Shown: in pieces, positions 63,083 through 64,000 of the stretch
Layout of the letters: each line of letters begins with the position of its first letter
Numbering within the stretch: the first letter of the stretch is position 1
Origin: Victivallales bacterium
GTDB lineage: Bacteria > Verrucomicrobiota > Lentisphaeria > Victivallales > UBA1829
Direction: 5' to 3'
DNA: 64,000 bases
Assembly (NCBI GenBank): GCA_045114455.1
Contig: JBGUKN010000024.1
Coordinates: forward strand, 3,904 to 67,903
Notes under the pieces: generated by a model
The model's input: only the letters and a program-made list of their open reading frames with translations
Databases searched by the model: none
Told to the model about the DNA's origin: nothing
Program-made: the position numbers and the translations under genes

Positions 63083-64000
63083 TCATTCTTTCCTTGAGAA
63101 GATCTGCTGGAAGTAGTCGACGAGCTCCATCGCCTTGCCGTACATGTTCACGTTCGTGTCCAGGCGGATGCCCTGGAAGATGCACGGCGTGGGGGACTTG
63201 ATGAACGAGGCGGTGTTTTCGTCGAACGCGTAGTAAAGGGCGCGGTTCGGGCGTCCGTCGAGCTGAAGCTCGAGCTTCATGTTTTCCCTGTCCGGGCCGG
63301 TGGAGAGCATTCTCATGCGGACCCAGGAGTAGGAGAAATCCTTCAGGGCGTCTTTGGTGAGCTCCATTTCGATGCCGCTTCCGGCGTCCATCAGGGCCTC
63401 GTCGATGTCGCCCTTGATCACGCCGTCCTCGCCGGGGGTGGAGAAGAGGAACGCGTCCTCGAAATAGACGTTGTCGATCTTCGATTTGCCGGAGGCGTCG
63501 GTCTTCTGCACGAGCACGACCGGGATGGTGCCGTTGATGGAGCCGCTGCCGCTGATCTGGCCGAGCCCGATCTGCGTGAGGAAAAGCGGCAGCTCCAGGC
63601 GGTCGCAATACAGCACGGCTTCGGTGGTCGACTGCCCGATGCGGTAGGTGATGCCGCCGAGCCGGATGTGGCCGCCGCACCAGTCGAGCACGGCGTTTTC
63701 GACCTGCCAGGTGTCCGGAGCCTCCATGCGGAACGTGGCGCGTCCGGCTCCGGTCTCGATCTTGTCGTACTTGACGGACTGGAAGGAGAGCGTCTGGCCG
63801 GGCGCGGATTTGAGGATGGCGATCTCCGGGACCTCGAATCCGAGGCCGATGCCGCGCACCTCGAATTTCTGCTCGGGGATGAAAAGATCGGCGTCGGCGA
63901 TGCGGAACTCGGCATGCCCGGTGGTGGTCTTCGGCAGGATTTTGTACACGGCGCCGGCGGAGAGCTTGCCCGTGCAGGAGATCTCCTCGAACTGCGGCAG
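63083..64000 (-). CDS. ydbH: YdbH-like AsmA-family protein, C-terminal part (5' end beyond the right edge)
   Basis: The frame stays open to position 64000 (LPQFEEISCTGKLSAGAVYKILPK...). The beta-rich sequence includes GSGSINGTIPVVL and LELQLDGRPN, and the gene sits upstream of ynbE-ydbL as in the E. coli ydbH-ynbE-ydbL operon. Confidence 0.7.
   Translation of the reverse strand: MPQFEEISCTGKLSAGAVYKILPKTTTGHAEFRIADADLFIPEQKFEVRGIGLGFEVPEIAILKSAPGQTLSFQSVKYDKIETGAGRATFRMEAPDTWQVENAVLDWCGGHIRLGGITYRIGQSTTEAVLYCDRLELPLFLTQIGLGQISGSGSINGTIPVVLVQKTDASGKSKIDNVYFEDAFLFSTPGEDGVIKGDIDEALMDAGSGIEMELTKDALKDFSYSWVRMRMLSTGPDRENMKLELQLDGRPNRALYYAFDENTASFIKSPTPCIFQGIRLDTNVNMYGKAMELVDYFQQIFSRKE

Noticed and set aside
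62988-63680. Upstream 231 codons of track ORF 62796..63680
   Set aside because: They overlap the ydbH-like gene out of frame and are Arg/Pro/His-rich. Only the last 63 codons (the YnbE-like lipoprotein with its own ATG) look real.

Overview
High-GC bacterial chromosomal window. My hand counts of sampled 60-nt lines give about 60-73% GC in most genes and 47-55% in a few. I count about 55 protein genes, one tRNA and one riboswitch. Gene content (many prepilin-like genes, a GH43 enzyme, an ankyrin lipoprotein) suggests a PVC-type organism such as Kiritimatiellia or Lentisphaeria; this is a low-confidence inference. Left to right: a hybrid histidine kinase on the minus strand that runs off the left edge and is missing from the ORF track; a polytopic membrane protein; a TPP riboswitch followed by thiC-thiM-thiE::HAD-thiD; a Zn-ribbon membrane protein; a 2-enoate-reductase-like flavoenzyme; a GH43+CBM enzyme; an alpha/beta-hydrolase lipoprotein with a DUF4105 protein; panD; a secreted triple-chagasin inhibitor; a lower-GC acyltransferase-3 gene; the gap-pgk-tpiA operon; an ankyrin-repeat lipoprotein; cysS, an SAHH-like gene and an MTA/SAH deaminase; nagB; aroQ; accB-accC with two Asp23 genes and an AmaP-like gene; an MsbA-like ABC exporter; a translationally coupled minus-strand chain (nagA, two methyltransferases, mutY, GT4); a 663-bp candidate oriC followed by dnaA; mrp/apbC; a stand-alone EIIA; a pseudopilin operon (I/J/K/H-like, including a 950-aa GspK-like protein) joined to a membrane Ser/Thr kinase and a small HTH protein; rluB; tRNA-Asp; xerD; apbE; a traX-family gene; and ydbH-ynbE-ydbL at the right edge. 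The most unusual items are (1) the orphan minor-pseudopilin/kinase module, whose prepilin signals lack the usual Gly at -1; (2) a family of covarying GTGC-N3-GCGNAGC-N3-GCAC hairpin repeats at 58.7-61.4 kb, one copy flanked by a 28-bp duplication of the apbE 3' end; (3) the three-domain chagasin; (4) the SAH-deaminase/SAHH-like pair; and (5) 11-bp-phased TTGTCAA repeats in the putative origin. Most long ORFs in the track that lie opposite these genes are codon-aligned antisense shadows typical of high-GC DNA. All calls come from reading the sequence by eye. No database search or computation was run.
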